A DNA stretch of 64,000 nt from Candidatus Nezhaarchaeales archaeon (GCA_038887515.1 JAWAKK010000003.1:1-64000); one strand, 5' to 3'; shown: positions 19,448-30,542, counted from the stretch's first letter. Made by a program: numbers and translations. The notes: generated by a model from the sequence alone, not told the origin.

Positions 19448-20429
19448 CTACTAGATCCGCTATGTCTACGCTTATTTCTCCAATTATTCGTAGGCTCGTT
19501 ATTATTGAATTTACGTGAAATGCTATCTTTGTAGGAAGTTTAAATGTTTTTGCGCTGATCTCATCGGCTAGGCTCCTCATCTTATTGCTAAGATCTATCA
19601 CCTGTGTTGCAAGATCGTAATCGACTTTCATGAAGGCCCTAAAGGACTCACAATGCATCTTATCAACTAGAGAACTTAGCTCGATTATGCCCGGCTCTAT
19701 TTCAAGCTTTGACTCGCAGGGCAATAGCCTTATCGTGCTGGTAGCTATCGACACCGCTTCGTCGCCCACGCTTTCGATGGACTTAGCGGCAAGCCTATAG
19801 TCCAGGCATTCGTAAAGCTTTATTCCGGCTCTCTCCGCCAGCCTAGGATTCCTTATAATCGTTCGTAGTTGCCTAACTATCAAGAAGTATATCCTATTTA
19901 GGTCCTCATCTCTCTTAACGACGCTTTGAGCCAACTCTACGTCCCGCTCTATTAGCGCTTTTATGGAGTCTCCGTGCATCTGTTGCGCTATAACGTCGGC
20001 CCTCTTAAACAGGGTTTTAATAGGTACTGCTAGCGGCGATAAAAGACATTGTAAGACTATTTCACTAGCCTTTTCTTCGATTACCTCGACCCCTATCAAC
20101 GGGGCTACGGCCCTTTTTATCCTCTCTTTGTTCTCTAGCGTTAACTTAGACTTAGATGTAACCCTGATAATATCGTAACCCATGAGGTATCGGCCAAGTA
20201 TATCTCTCTCAAGAGTCTCTCCATACTCTATGTTTGCCTCGCTAACCTTCTCACCTTCATTTTCGACTTCAGCTCGCATCCTTATAGTTAAGGAGCCGTT
20301 ATCAAGTTCCTCTACGACCACTTGATCTCCGCCTTTTAGGTTCATCTTCAAGGCCCAGCTCTTAGGAATTGCAAGTAAGAAGCTTCCGCCCTTGGTCTTT
20401 AGCACCTTCCTAAGATACGTTATAGGCAT
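19437..20429 (-). CDS. phoU: AbrB-PhoU phosphate uptake regulator
   Basis: RKV...GGSF.LAIPKSW AbrB domain, two PhoU repeats (DEDLNR, IESVGD). Confidence 0.85.
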   Translation of the reverse strand: MPITYLRKVLKTKGGSFLLAIPKSWALKMNLKGGDQVVVEELDNGSLTIRMRAEVENEGEKVSEANIEYGETLERDILGRYLMGYDIIRVTSKSKLTLENKERIKRAVAPLIGVEVIEEKASEIVLQCLLSPLAVPIKTLFKRADVIAQQMHGDSIKALIERDVELAQSVVKRDEDLNRIYFLIVRQLRTIIRNPRLAERAGIKLYECLDYRLAAKSIESVGDEAVSIATSTIRLLPCESKLEIEPGIIELSSLVDKMHCESFRAFMKVDYDLATQVIDLSNKMRSLADEISAKTFKLPTKIAFHVNSIITSLRIIGEISVDIADLVVKT

Positions 20430-20477
20430 TTTGCAGGCACCCTAATAAACTCCAGTACAATAATCCTACTTTTAACC

Positions 20478-21065
20478 CTAATTTATATCAAGAATCGCCC
20501 TAGAAACTGTCTTAGCTATTCTATTAGCTATTCTTAGAGGTTCAGGTGTCCTCCCTATCACGGTGACCCTTTTAAGAGCTTCAATGGCCTTCTCAACTTC
20601 TATACCCACAATCTCTAAGAAAACAGCCTTCTCTTTCGGATTAAGCTTTGTCTCATATATAGGGCTTACAGAAGCAAGCTTTTCAAATATTCGGTAACGT
20701 ATCTCCCAATCATCGAAGTGCTTCTTCAATGCGTTTAGAACTGCCTCGTTATCTGGCTTCTCCGTTGTAACGACAACCACGGGGGTACCAAGATCTTCAT
20801 GAAGTGCGATAGGATCTATGATGTTGAATCCCCCAAATGTCACGCCACCTAGCACTATCATATTCAATGGACGCAACCGCTTAGCTACATCTAACAGTTT
20901 ATTCATCGCATCTAGACCGTCGACGTCTATCAACCTCAAAGAGACAGCTTCTACCCTTAAGCCTATGGTCAACACTGCACATAGGATAGTTTTGCCTTTT
21001 CCTTGGAACCTATGAGGTGAAAAGGAGCCATCCTCTACTCCGAGCAATCTAGCTTTACTCATCAT
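20478..21065 (-). CDS. DUF99 / endonuclease dU family protein
   Basis: LGVEDGSF, VDGLDA, GVTFGGFN, PEPLRIA. Confidence 0.85.
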   Translation of the reverse strand: MMSKARLLGVEDGSFSPHRFQGKGKTILCAVLTIGLRVEAVSLRLIDVDGLDAMNKLLDVAKRLRPLNMIVLGGVTFGGFNIIDPIALHEDLGTPVVVVTTEKPDNEAVLNALKKHFDDWEIRYRIFEKLASVSPIYETKLNPKEKAVFLEIVGIEVEKAIEALKRVTVIGRTPEPLRIANRIAKTVSRAILDIN

Positions 21066-21066
21066 T

Positions 21067-22299
21067 CTACACGCTATCGACTAGTATAATTGAAGATAAC
21101 ATCATATCGCTTTTTAAGCCTTCTAACAGGGCCCTTTCACTTATCGCTAACTTAACGATCTTCGTCCTTCCGTACCTTCCCTTACTAGTTACCCTAGCAT
21201 TAACAATCCCAAGCATGTCTAGATCGTTTATTATATCGCTTACCCGCCTCTGCGTTAATTCGTCTATCAATAGTTTCCTACATAGATTCTTGTAAGTATC
21301 ATATATCTCACCAGTAGTAGCTTCACCCTTTCTTCTCTTCACAAGGTAAACAGCTAGGGCTACGAGCTTTGTGTGTAGGGGCATCGATTTTACAACTTCG
21401 ACCGCTCTATCCTTCTCTATCTCTTTATAGGCCTTCCTAACGTGGTCCTCGAGAACCTTAGGAGTACCCTCTCTTTCAGCTATCTCGCCGGCTACTCTGA
21501 GAAGATCTAAGGCCCTCCTAGCATCTCCATGCTCACGAGCAGCTAGAGTAGCACATAAAGGTATTACAGCTTCGTCGAGGATGCCATCATAAAAGGCCAT
21601 CTTAGCCCTTTCAGCTAATATATCGGCTAACTCCTCTGTCGTGTATGGTCGGAAAATTAACTCTTCCTCGCTTAAACTGCTTTTAACTCTAGGGTCTAGG
21701 TACTCAACAAAGTTCAAGTCGTTCGTTATCCCTATTATGGAAACCCTAGCGTTATGTAGATCCGGGTTTATTCTTGTAAGCTTGTAGAGAACGTCATCTC
21801 CACTAGCTTTGACTAGGAAGTCTACTTCATCTAAGACTGCAAAGAGAAGAATTCTATCCCTATCGAGAGACCTAATGAACCTCCTAAATAGTTCGGCTGT
21901 CGAGAGCCCCGTAAAAGGTACTTTCTCATTTAAATAGCTACATAAACTGAAGAGGACTCTGTAACTGGTGTTTTCGTTTCGACAGTTTATGTAAGCAATC
22001 TTCAATCTTAAATCTTGAGAGTAACTCCTAGCGTACACATCTATCTTCCTTAAAACATACTTTGTTACGGCAGTTTTACCGGTCCCCGGGAGACCGTATA
22101 TGAAGACGTTTGACGGCCTAGCCCCTTTAACCGCTGGGGCCAATATCTTAGCGAGCTTATCTATTTCCTCTTCCCTGTGTGGGAGGGTTTCAGGAACATA
22201 GTCTGGCCTAAGCTTCTCTCTATCCTTAAAAATCCTCGCTGACATTACCTTATGTATTATTTCGTCGATAGACAATATTGACACCACAGTCGTAAACAA
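21067..22299 (-). CDS. cdc6: Orc1/Cdc6 replication initiator
   Basis: YVPETLPHRE, GLPGTGKT, LDEVD, GDARRALDLLR, winged helix GRYGRT. Confidence 0.95.
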   Translation of the reverse strand: MFTTVVSILSIDEIIHKVMSARIFKDREKLRPDYVPETLPHREEEIDKLAKILAPAVKGARPSNVFIYGLPGTGKTAVTKYVLRKIDVYARSYSQDLRLKIAYINCRNENTSYRVLFSLCSYLNEKVPFTGLSTAELFRRFIRSLDRDRILLFAVLDEVDFLVKASGDDVLYKLTRINPDLHNARVSIIGITNDLNFVEYLDPRVKSSLSEEELIFRPYTTEELADILAERAKMAFYDGILDEAVIPLCATLAAREHGDARRALDLLRVAGEIAEREGTPKVLEDHVRKAYKEIEKDRAVEVVKSMPLHTKLVALAVYLVKRRKGEATTGEIYDTYKNLCRKLLIDELTQRRVSDIINDLDMLGIVNARVTSKGRYGRTKIVKLAISERALLEGLKSDMMLSSIILVDSV

Positions 22300-22425
22300 A
22301 AGTGGATAGCATTAAGGTATGTATATTAACGCCTTAATAACCCTTAGTACAAAGATCCATCCTCGCAGAGTAACACTCTAAAGTTATAGAACGCTCGTCA
22401 TATCCATAGGTCGTGTGTGAACAAT

Positions 22426-23385
22426 TCATTGCCTCCAATTTTTCAGGCCCTCCTTGAGTCGACACATACCGCATAACTCTTTCTTTGATGGCATACCACA
22501 TTTTAAACAACTTCTCCAATTAATGGTCGTCGGAACTAGTGAGCTCGATAGCAACGGTGACACCCTCTTGACGTGGCTCTTAAGGAATGTGTGTTTAAAA
22601 GCTGGGTACATGGACTCTATGAACTCCATAAGCTTCTTTCTCTTATTCAACTTGGACTCACGACCTAAAGAACACTGAATAGAAGCGTAGGGCAACGATT
22701 TAATATCTACATAAAGCTTAAGCTCAAAGTCCGTTAATTCAATGAGGGGCTTTATCCTAGGTATTGCCTTAGGGTGTATTAACTTAGTAACCGGCTGGAA
22801 CTTCAAAGCTTCAAGCAAGTCCCCTCTAACGTAAAGGTCCCATAGAATTGCAACCGCGTCGTCTAGGTTATGACCTGTAGCTATTTTAGTAACGCCATAA
22901 GCTAGACCATAGTAATTCAAGATGTACCGCCTAACTAAACCGCAAAGCGAACATATCTTTCGATGCCTTAATGCTAGCGCATCCAATCTATAACCTAGAA
23001 GGCTCTCTAAATCTACTATCTTGAGCTCAACGTTCTCGCATTTTGCCAACTCTTCGGCTTTATTTCGACACTCTTCAGAAAAACCTGCAATGCCTAAATC
23101 TACGTGTAAGCATACAACTTCAACTTCAGGTACAACCTTCTTAGTTAGATGTAGTAGCGCTGCACTATCCTTGCCCCCAGATACGGCTACTAGGATCTTA
23201 TCGTACTTCTCTATCATGCGGTATTCATTGATGGTTCTCAAGACCTTACGCTCGACGAACTTAACAAAGCAACTTTCACATAAGCTAAGTCTCGCATAAT
23301 TAAGTCTGACCTTAGCCTTCTCTACATGACAGTGTCCACAAACCCCTAAACTTTTTGATGTTGCTTCCTTCTTCATAAAATACAA
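22426..23385 (-). CDS. TtuA/Ncs6-like tRNA thiolase (PP-loop)
   Basis: N-terminal Zn finger, SGGKDS, CSLCG, TGHNLDD, RIKPL, C-terminal CxxC pairs. Confidence 0.82.
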   Translation of the reverse strand: MYFMKKEATSKSLGVCGHCHVEKAKVRLNYARLSLCESCFVKFVERKVLRTINEYRMIEKYDKILVAVSGGKDSAALLHLTKKVVPEVEVVCLHVDLGIAGFSEECRNKAEELAKCENVELKIVDLESLLGYRLDALALRHRKICSLCGLVRRYILNYYGLAYGVTKIATGHNLDDAVAILWDLYVRGDLLEALKFQPVTKLIHPKAIPRIKPLIELTDFELKLYVDIKSLPYASIQCSLGRESKLNKRKKLMEFIESMYPAFKHTFLKSHVKRVSPLLSSSLVPTTINWRSCLKCGMPSKKELCGMCRLKEGLKNWRQ

Positions 23386-23545
23386 TAGCTATACTTCGTC
23401 CAAGTCATTAAGCTTTTCTTAACATTGGTAATTATAGCTGAGGGTAACGCGTTACATTAACGAGAAGTTCTTAGAGGTGATAGGCTTGAACATCTACGAA
23501 TGTAGACCATAAATTTTCTATTAAAAGACTTGAATCATGGGATAA

Positions 23546-23619
23546 TGGACCGGGCGGGACTTGAACCCGCGACCTCCCGCATGCCAAGCGGGCGATCCAC
23601 CAGGCTGATCTACCGGCCC
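23546..23619 (-). tRNA. tRNA-Ala(GGC), no intron
   Basis: GGGCCGGTAGATCAGCCTGG...CCCGCTT-GGC-ATGCGGG...GTTCAAGTCCCGCCCGGTCCA; G3-U70. Confidence 0.95.
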
Positions 23620-23671
23620 CCGCCATAATTATTAGGGGGCTGGGTATTAATGTTTCCATAGATTAACGATG

Positions 23672-23863
23672 TTAGATGAGACGATATGCTCTATTCAGCG
23701 GTTTATTCTGCCAAGAATATTTTCTAATTCGACTTGACCTACCAAATCCACAAGCAGCACAGTAATGCTTCTTTTTGTTGTACGCCCTCCTACCACATCT
23801 TCTACACTTAATGTGTGTTGCTCCTTTATTCATCTTTCCAAAAGATGTAGTGCCCTTAACCAC
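23672..23863 (-). CDS. rpl37e: 50S ribosomal protein L37e
   Basis: [26 protein letters not shown]; GTG start after GGAGGT. Confidence 0.95.
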   Translation of the reverse strand: MVKGTTSFGKMNKGATHIKCRRCGRRAYNKKKHYCAACGFGRSSRIRKYSWQNKPLNRAYRLI

Positions 23864-23877
23864 TAGCTTAACCTCCG

Positions 23878-24105
23878 TCACTTAGATACGGGGCTTATCA
23901 AAACTATGCTGTCGCCCCTAATTAGTATTAAGCCATGCTTTTTTGATTCTCCGTCTTGCTTTATCTCTTCGGCGTCTTCTAGGACTATGTTGAGGTGTTG
24001 ATCATAACTTCTCAATTTGCCTCGAAATTCTTTACCTCCCTTCAGCCTAACGAATATCTGGTTGCCTATAGACGAAGACAATATTGCTAATGTTGCTTCA
24101 GACAT
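23878..24105 (-). CDS. Sm-like archaeal protein (SmAP1/Lsm)
   Basis: [21 protein letters not shown]; adjacent to rpl37e. Confidence 0.93.
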   Translation of the reverse strand: MSEATLAILSSSIGNQIFVRLKGGKEFRGKLRSYDQHLNIVLEDAEEIKQDGESKKHGLILIRGDSIVLISPVSK

Positions 24106-24203
24106 AATGACCCAACCGAATGGAGTCTTTTCCGCTTTTGCTTATAAGGATATACACGCTATGTATTTAAACCTTAGCAGTTAGTTGTTTAAGGTGATGA
24201 TTA

Positions 24204-24704
24204 ATGCCAAAAATACGCATGCATATTTTAAGCAAAAGCGAGGCTAAAGAAGTTGCATCTATGATTTCGAAGAATTTTAGGTTCAAGGTCCCTCTAGATC
24301 ATAAGTCCAAGTGGGAAATCATCGAATTAGGAGGAGAACTCGTATATTTAGTGAACGGTATGCCGATGGTCATAGAGTCTTCGGGCAAGCTAGTACCATT
24401 CCTAAAGGCGCTAATTGATGGATTAATTGAGCTCCCTAAGATTATCGTTGACATGGGAGCAGTTAAGCACATAGTTAATGGAGCTGATGTTATGGTCCCA
24501 GGCATAGTGAAGATCGAGGGGGACTTTAATAAAGAGGACTTAGTCGTAGTAGTCGACGAAAGATACAGTAAACCTCTATGCGTAGGCATCGCGCTACTTA
24601 GTAAAACGGAGATAGCGAGCTTGTCGAAAGGGAAAGTTGTGAAAAATATACACTACGTGGGCGATAAAATTTGGAAGGCGATAAAAGATTTAGGCTTGAT
24701 ATGA
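24204..24704 (+). CDS. PUA-domain RNA-binding protein (MCT-1-like)
   Basis: VDMGAVKHIVNGADVMVPGI, HYVGDKIW. Confidence 0.88.
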   Translation: MPKIRMHILSKSEAKEVASMISKNFRFKVPLDHKSKWEIIELGGELVYLVNGMPMVIESSGKLVPFLKALIDGLIELPKIIVDMGAVKHIVNGADVMVPGIVKIEGDFNKEDLVVVVDERYSKPLCVGIALLSKTEIASLSKGKVVKNIHYVGDKIWKAIKDLGLI

Positions 24705-24717
24705 TTAGATGCTTTAC

Positions 24718-26631
24718 TCATTGAATCTTGAGGGAATCTAGGTAGTCGGGCGCTTCAGTAGGTACTTTATAGGTCCTCTCTATGCTTGAAGCTAAGCCCA
24801 TAATCTTTTCGCTCTCCCCGTGACACAAAATTATTCTACGAGGTTTCGGCGAAACCCTTTCCACAAACCTTAACAGTTGTCTCCTGTCACTGTGACCACT
24901 AAATCCCTCACATGTATGAACTTCCATATTTATCCTGACGCTTACGGGCTTACCATCGACATAATCGACGACTACTTCCTTAGCGCCCTCTTGCACTACT
25001 CTGCCGAGTGTCCCCTCAACTTGGTAAGAAACGAAGATGAGAGAATTTCTTTCATCCTCAGCCATAAGCTTAAAGTACTCTAGTGCGGGCCCCGCGTTTA
25101 ACATACCTGACGTTGCCAATATTATGCACGGTTCGCCCTCAACCACGTCTAGGCGCTCTCGACCTTTGGACAACGTTACGAAGTTTTCGGCTAGGAATGG
25201 ATTTACATCTTCATAGAATATTTTGTCTCTAATCTCTTTGGCTAGGCTTTCTGGGTACGCGGTATGTATAGCCGTCGATTCCTGTATCATGCCTTCAATG
25301 TATATCGGGACTGAGGGGATAAGCTTCTTATCGACTGCGTCAGCCAAGACCAGCATTATCTCTTGGGCCCTACCTACAGCCAAAACTGGGATTAAGGCTT
25401 TACCTCCGCGCGCAAGAGTTCTACTTATTATCTCTATGAGTTTTGCTTCCGTCTCTTCTCTTGAAGGCATTACATCGTTAGGGCCACCATACGTTGATTC
25501 CATAATTAGTGTTTCAAGCCTAGGGAATACATATGTCGCTGTTTCAAGTAGCCTCGTCCTACCGTACTTGAAGTCGCCGGTGTATACTATATTGTGGAGC
25601 CCCTCGCCTATATGTAGGTGGGCCATTGACGAGCCGAGAATGTGGCCAGCGTTGTGAAGTGTTAGCTTCACGCTAGGAGCTATATCCGTAACCTCGCCGT
25701 GGTTTAGTGTAATGGTGTGAAGGAGAGCCATTTTTACGTCCCTAATCCCATATATAGGTGTTCTTCCTTCCTTATCGGCTACGTCTAGGTAGTCCTTTAA
25801 TATCAGTGCCATGAGCATCTTTGTCGGTTCGCTACAGTAGACTGGTCCTCGATAACCATACTTAAAAAGTAGGGGTAAAGCACCACAGTGATCCAAGTGT
25901 GCGTGAGTTATTACTACCGCGCTCAAGGAATCTATATCGAAATCTTCGACCCAAAAAGCTGGAAACTCATTTATATAATCCTTAGTACCGGGCTTGACCC
26001 CGCAGTCGAGTAGGATCTTGTCCTCTCCTATTTCAACAAGTATCGCAGAGCGCCCGACCTCTTTAAAGCCTCCTAAACCCGTTATCCTTACGCTGTCTAT
26101 TCTATAAAGTAGGGGTCTATGAATCCTCCTCCCAGTCTCTCTCAGCATTTTCAGTCTGTAGCTACTATTCTTGTGCATTAACATCGATACTGACTCAATA
26201 AACCTAGATTTCAACGGGGGTGTCCTGATGGGTATGGGTCTCCATAATGTATGTGCAAGTAGTTGCTTAAGCAGTGAGCTATTCTTTCCTATCACAATGC
26301 CGGGCTTCTTAGCTTCTATAATCATTTCGCCCATAACGTCGTCAAAATACACGTTTGTTATACCAGCTTCGGGTGGAACCAACTCGTAAACTATCCTCTT
26401 AGCCTCTTCCTTATCTTTTCTAACTTCCGGATCAGGCCTCAAGACTATCCTTTTTCTTAGGGTCTTAGCGGCGACCTTGATGACGCCCCCATTTGATAGT
26501 AGGACCGCTGGGTTCTTAACATAAACTGCTATCTCGGGCCCCTCGAATTCTATCCTACTTATTCCTGCTTCTGACGGTATACTCTTTAATATTCCCTCTT
26601 TAATCGAAGCCAAATGATTTACTTGTACCAA
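24718..26631 (-). CDS. fttA: Beta-CASP ribonuclease aCPSF1/FttA
   Basis: Two KH domains, THAHLDHCG, AGHILGS, MESTYG, GFSGHSD. Confidence 0.93.
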   Translation of the reverse strand: MVQVNHLASIKEGILKSIPSEAGISRIEFEGPEIAVYVKNPAVLLSNGGVIKVAAKTLRKRIVLRPDPEVRKDKEEAKRIVYELVPPEAGITNVYFDDVMGEMIIEAKKPGIVIGKNSSLLKQLLAHTLWRPIPIRTPPLKSRFIESVSMLMHKNSSYRLKMLRETGRRIHRPLLYRIDSVRITGLGGFKEVGRSAILVEIGEDKILLDCGVKPGTKDYINEFPAFWVEDFDIDSLSAVVITHAHLDHCGALPLLFKYGYRGPVYCSEPTKMLMALILKDYLDVADKEGRTPIYGIRDVKMALLHTITLNHGEVTDIAPSVKLTLHNAGHILGSSMAHLHIGEGLHNIVYTGDFKYGRTRLLETATYVFPRLETLIMESTYGGPNDVMPSREETEAKLIEIISRTLARGGKALIPVLAVGRAQEIMLVLADAVDKKLIPSVPIYIEGMIQESTAIHTAYPESLAKEIRDKIFYEDVNPFLAENFVTLSKGRERLDVVEGEPCIILATSGMLNAGPALEYFKLMAEDERNSLIFVSYQVEGTLGRVVQEGAKEVVVDYVDGKPVSVRINMEVHTCEGFSGHSDRRQLLRFVERVSPKPRRIILCHGESEKIMGLASSIERTYKVPTEAPDYLDSLKIQ

Positions 26632-26671
26632 GACCCCCTACCTTCCGTCTTAACGGAGATGCAGCTTTCCG

Positions 26672-27319
26672 TCAAAGTTTCTCAAGCTTTTCTTGAGGAA
26701 TTTCTTCGACGCCCTCCTTAGTTATAGCCACAACATCAAATCCTTCACCAGACCCAGGATCCCATTTCATGGCGGCCTTTATGGCTTCGATGGCTATTGG
26801 TATCGCCTCTTTAACCTTTATGTCGCCTCTATATCGAGATTCGAGAATCGCTAAAGCTAATGGTGAGCCTGAACCGGTCGCTATATATTTTTCTTCAGTT
26901 AAAGTCCCGAAGAAATCTATGTTAAACATTCTTGGGCCTTCATGATCTATACCGGCTACTATGACTTGGACTATGTACGGGAAGAACCTTGAAGAGGAGA
27001 AAATAACGTTAGACATCAGGTTTGCTACCGCTCTGACTGATGGGGCTTGCTTTGTAACGACCTTTAGGTACTTTACCTGAGCTCTTATGCTATCAACAAG
27101 CATCTGCGCATCAGCTACTACGCCAGCTATTGTAGCATAGATTGCATCGTCTATCTGGAGAATCTTTCTACCCCTCTTATTGGCGATGTAGAACCCTGAC
27201 GTCACGCGCCTATCGGTTGCTAGCAATATTCCGTCAGCACATCTTATCCCTACTGTCGTAGTTCCCTTAAATAAGGGTCTTTCCATTTCTCTCATAATTG
27301 ACATCTGCTGGCACACCAC
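26672..27319 (-). CDS. psmB: Proteasome beta subunit
   Basis: KG|TTTVG propeptide junction, ATGSGS. Confidence 0.93.
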   Translation of the reverse strand: MVCQQMSIMREMERPLFKGTTTVGIRCADGILLATDRRVTSGFYIANKRGRKILQIDDAIYATIAGVVADAQMLVDSIRAQVKYLKVVTKQAPSVRAVANLMSNVIFSSSRFFPYIVQVIVAGIDHEGPRMFNIDFFGTLTEEKYIATGSGSPLALAILESRYRGDIKVKEAIPIAIEAIKAAMKWDPGSGEGFDVVAITKEGVEEIPQEKLEKL

Positions 27320-27425
27320 AAAGCGGATAACTTTCTAAAACGTATTAGTTGGTAGAATGCTACTGTGCGAACAACAAGAGAGTATACATATTTAAAAGTT
27401 TTACTGAAACTGTCAGGGGATAATC

Positions 27426-28463
27426 TTGTTAGATCCTCATGACATAGAACTCCCAAGGAGAATTCTGATAGGCAAAGGGGTCATTAAGAATGTCGGTGAT
27501 GTAGCTAGGTCTCTTGGACTTTCGGGTAAAGCTTACGTCTTATTGGGAAGGACTGGGCGCAACCTTGTAAGAGAAAGTGTACTAAACTCTCTTTCAGCCT
27601 ATGGGTTCGACGTAGTCGATGGTAACGTTAAAGAAGATGATGAGCTTCTTAACGAGGTGTTAAAGGCTAGACCCAATTTCGTAGTCTCAGTAGGTGGCGG
27701 AATGACCATAGACTTAGGTAAGTACGCGGCCTTTAAGTTGGGCGTCCCGTTTATAAGCGTCCCAACCGCGGCTTCTCACGATGGTATAGCTTCGCCTATG
27801 GTGTCCTTGAAGAGTCTTAAGTCTCCCTATTCGATCAAGACAAAGCCACCTATGGCCGTCATAGCCGACGTAAGTGTAGTCATGGACGCACCTCACAAGC
27901 TTTTAGCAAGTGGTTGTGGAGATGTACTAGCTAAGCTTACAGCGGTTAGAGACTGGAAGTTGGCCCATATATTAAAGAACGAATACTACGGCGAGTACGC
28001 GGCATCTCTTGCCGAGATGTCTGCCATGCTGGTCATGAAACATGCTAAACTCATAGGGGCTCACAAGGAAGAGGGTGTGAGGGTCGTCATCGAAGCTTTG
28101 GTTTCTTGCGGGGTAGCTATGTGCATAGCGGGTTCTTCAAGGCCTTGTTCTGGCTCTGAACATATGTTCTCGCACGCGTTAGATATGATAGCACCTAAGC
28201 CGGCTCTTCACGGCGAACAGTGCGGTATAGGAACCATAATGATGGCCTATATTCATGGAATGAAGTGGAAGAAGATCAAGAAAGTATTAAAGACTATAGG
28301 AGCTCCCACTACAGCAAAAGAGCTAGGCATAGATGACGAATACATAGTAAGAGCGCTTGTTGAAGCGCACAAGATTAGGCCTAGGTACACTATCCTTGGT
28401 GATACTGGACTGACTTGGGAAGCTGCTATGAGGATTGCTAAGGATACGGGGGTTATTGATTGA
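27426..28463 (+). CDS. egsA: sn-glycerol-1-phosphate dehydrogenase
   Basis: VGGG..IDLGK, PTAASHDGIASP, SRPCSGSEH, LHGEQCG. Confidence 0.93.
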   Translation: MLDPHDIELPRRILIGKGVIKNVGDVARSLGLSGKAYVLLGRTGRNLVRESVLNSLSAYGFDVVDGNVKEDDELLNEVLKARPNFVVSVGGGMTIDLGKYAAFKLGVPFISVPTAASHDGIASPMVSLKSLKSPYSIKTKPPMAVIADVSVVMDAPHKLLASGCGDVLAKLTAVRDWKLAHILKNEYYGEYAASLAEMSAMLVMKHAKLIGAHKEEGVRVVIEALVSCGVAMCIAGSSRPCSGSEHMFSHALDMIAPKPALHGEQCGIGTIMMAYIHGMKWKKIKKVLKTIGAPTTAKELGIDDEYIVRALVEAHKIRPRYTILGDTGLTWEAAMRIAKDTGVID

Positions 28464-28909
28464 GCCAAGAACCAATAATAACTCTCGTGGGGGAATTACA
28501 AGCTAAGCCCGGGTTTAAGTTCGTCTTTAAGGGGGCTACGGATGTATGTACCCTATGCAAGTTAAAAGAGGTATGTGTAATGAAGCTGGAGCCGGGCATC
28601 ATGTATAAAGTCGTTGAGACTTTAAAGAAGAGGCATAAGTGTCCTCTAAGAGAAGGTTCGGTCGTAGTAGTTCGAGTAGTAGAGACCGAAGTGGACGCTC
28701 TCATTGACGCGAAGGTAGCCGTAGAGGATGCTATATTAACGTTAAGGCGAAAGTCCTGCAATAATCGTAATTGCAAGTTATGGAGTTTATGTCAAAACGA
28801 TTACGTAAAAGACGGAGAAAAGTATAGGGTTTTAAAAGTTTGGGAAGAAAGCGTTACTTGTGATGGAAAGAAGATGGTAAGGGTAACGCTGGTTAGAGTA
28901 AAGGGTTAA
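28460..28909 (+). CDS. UPF0179 family protein
   Basis: ITLVG..AKPG..F, CxxC, H.CPL; follows egsA. Confidence 0.8.
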   Translation: MSQEPIITLVGELQAKPGFKFVFKGATDVCTLCKLKEVCVMKLEPGIMYKVVETLKKRHKCPLREGSVVVVRVVETEVDALIDAKVAVEDAILTLRRKSCNNRNCKLWSLCQNDYVKDGEKYRVLKVWEESVTCDGKKMVRVTLVRVKG

Positions 28910-28924
28910 TCGAGCATCGCGTCA

Positions 28925-30400
28925 TTAAGCGTCGAAGTACAAGAAGAATTCGTAGGGATGAGGTCTTATAGACACTTGAATATAGTTTTCTCTCACTATT
29001 TCTACATGCTTCTCTAAGATTTCGTTAGTAAATATGGGCTTTAGGTACTCCATGTCTGAGAGCAGTTCTTCTACAGCTTCCTTGAGACTTCCGGGCAACT
29101 CTTTAATGCCAAGAGCTCTTCTCCTCTCAGGAGATAATAAGTAAATGTTCTCGTCTACAGGATCTCCAGGATCTATCTTCTTCTTTATTCCATCTAAGCC
29201 AGCTGCCAGAATGGCTGCAAAACATAAGTAGGGGTTTGAAGAGGGGTCTGGGGGCCTGTATTCTATTCTCTTACTTACCGAAGCCTTCAAGCCCTTCCTG
29301 TAGTATGCTGGTACTCTTATACATGCCGATCTATTAGCCCTACTCCAAGCTATATATACGGGGGCCTCATAGCCAGGTACAAGCCTCTTGTACGAGTTGG
29401 TTGTAGGGTTTGTGATGGCTGCTAGAGACCTCGCGTGATCCATAAGCCCTCCAATGAAATACCTACCGGTTTGACTTAGTTCTGCGTAGTCGTCGCTGGG
29501 GTCGTAGAAGGCGTTGCCTTCATTGTTCCATAAACTTACGTTTACATGCATTCCAGAAGCGTTATCACCAAATATTGGTTTTGGCATGAAAGTTGCTATG
29601 AGACCCATGGTCTTTGCTACATTCTTGACCACGAACTTATACGTCATAACATTGTCAGCCATGTTGGTTAGCGTATCTCTGTACATGGTTATCTCACATT
29701 GTCCTGCTGTTGCAACTTCATGGTGGTGAGCATCACTCAAAATTCCGAAATACTCCTCGAGGGTTTTTACGCATTTACACCTAAATTCCATCAAAGTATC
29801 CTGTGGCGGGATTGAAAAATAACCATCTTTAAACCTTATAGGATAGCCTACTTGCACCTCGGTATTCCAAGGAGCCTCTTCAGACATCAGGTAGTACGAT
29901 TGACCCTTATACGAATCGAGCACGTCCCATTCAACTCTTTTGAAGACAAAAAATTCCACTTCGGGACCCCAATAGGACGTCGTAAATCCCTCATTCTTCA
30001 AGAACTCCTCAGCCCTTTGAGCTATATACCTTGGATCCCTTTCAAGTCTTCCACGACTAAATCCCCAGTATACGTTACAGATGAGGCGAGCCGTCTTTAA
30101 TTCTCCACTAGACCAAGGTATAACAGCATACGTGTTCGGGTCGGGTTTCAACAACATGTCAGAGTCTTGGACTTCAGCAAACCCTTTTATTGATGATCCG
30201 TCCAGTTTAGATAGCCCTTCGCTAAAGACCTCTTCGTTTATCTCTCTCCTAGGCACAGTAACGTGGTAAAATTTGCCAGTTAAACCTGTGAATTGAAGAT
30301 CAACAAATTTTATATTATCGCTACTTAGTAGCTCTAAGACTTCTTGAACATTCCTTGTAACTTGCTCGCAAGATCCGTCGTCTCTTATTTTGAACGGCAA
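28925..30400 (-). CDS. glnA: Glutamine synthetase type I
   Basis: DGSSI.GF, GPEVEFF, HHEVA, ATFMPKP, NSYKRLVPGYEAP, RIEYR. Confidence 0.95.
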   Translation of the reverse strand: MPFKIRDDGSCEQVTRNVQEVLELLSSDNIKFVDLQFTGLTGKFYHVTVPRREINEEVFSEGLSKLDGSSIKGFAEVQDSDMLLKPDPNTYAVIPWSSGELKTARLICNVYWGFSRGRLERDPRYIAQRAEEFLKNEGFTTSYWGPEVEFFVFKRVEWDVLDSYKGQSYYLMSEEAPWNTEVQVGYPIRFKDGYFSIPPQDTLMEFRCKCVKTLEEYFGILSDAHHHEVATAGQCEITMYRDTLTNMADNVMTYKFVVKNVAKTMGLIATFMPKPIFGDNASGMHVNVSLWNNEGNAFYDPSDDYAELSQTGRYFIGGLMDHARSLAAITNPTTNSYKRLVPGYEAPVYIAWSRANRSACIRVPAYYRKGLKASVSKRIEYRPPDPSSNPYLCFAAILAAGLDGIKKKIDPGDPVDENIYLLSPERRRALGIKELPGSLKEAVEELLSDMEYLKPIFTNEILEKHVEIVRENYIQVSIRPHPYEFFLYFDA

Positions 30401-30542
30401 CTCTATAACCCTCCCAATATCTCACATCTCTCTTAATGAGTCTTTATAAGCTTTGCTAATTTTAACACTTGATAAGATCTATTCATAAATTACTAGGCAA
30501 TAGTTTAAGTTAAGTGACGATAATTTATACTTTCAACTAGTA

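Noticed and set aside
22300-22425. Replication origin next to cdc6
   Set aside because: No ORB-like repeats or long AT-rich unwinding element visible
22334-22429. 31-aa ORF overlapping the TtuA-like stop codon
   Set aside because: SD only 2 nt from the ATG, no recognisable motif, and it covers the likely cdc6 promoter
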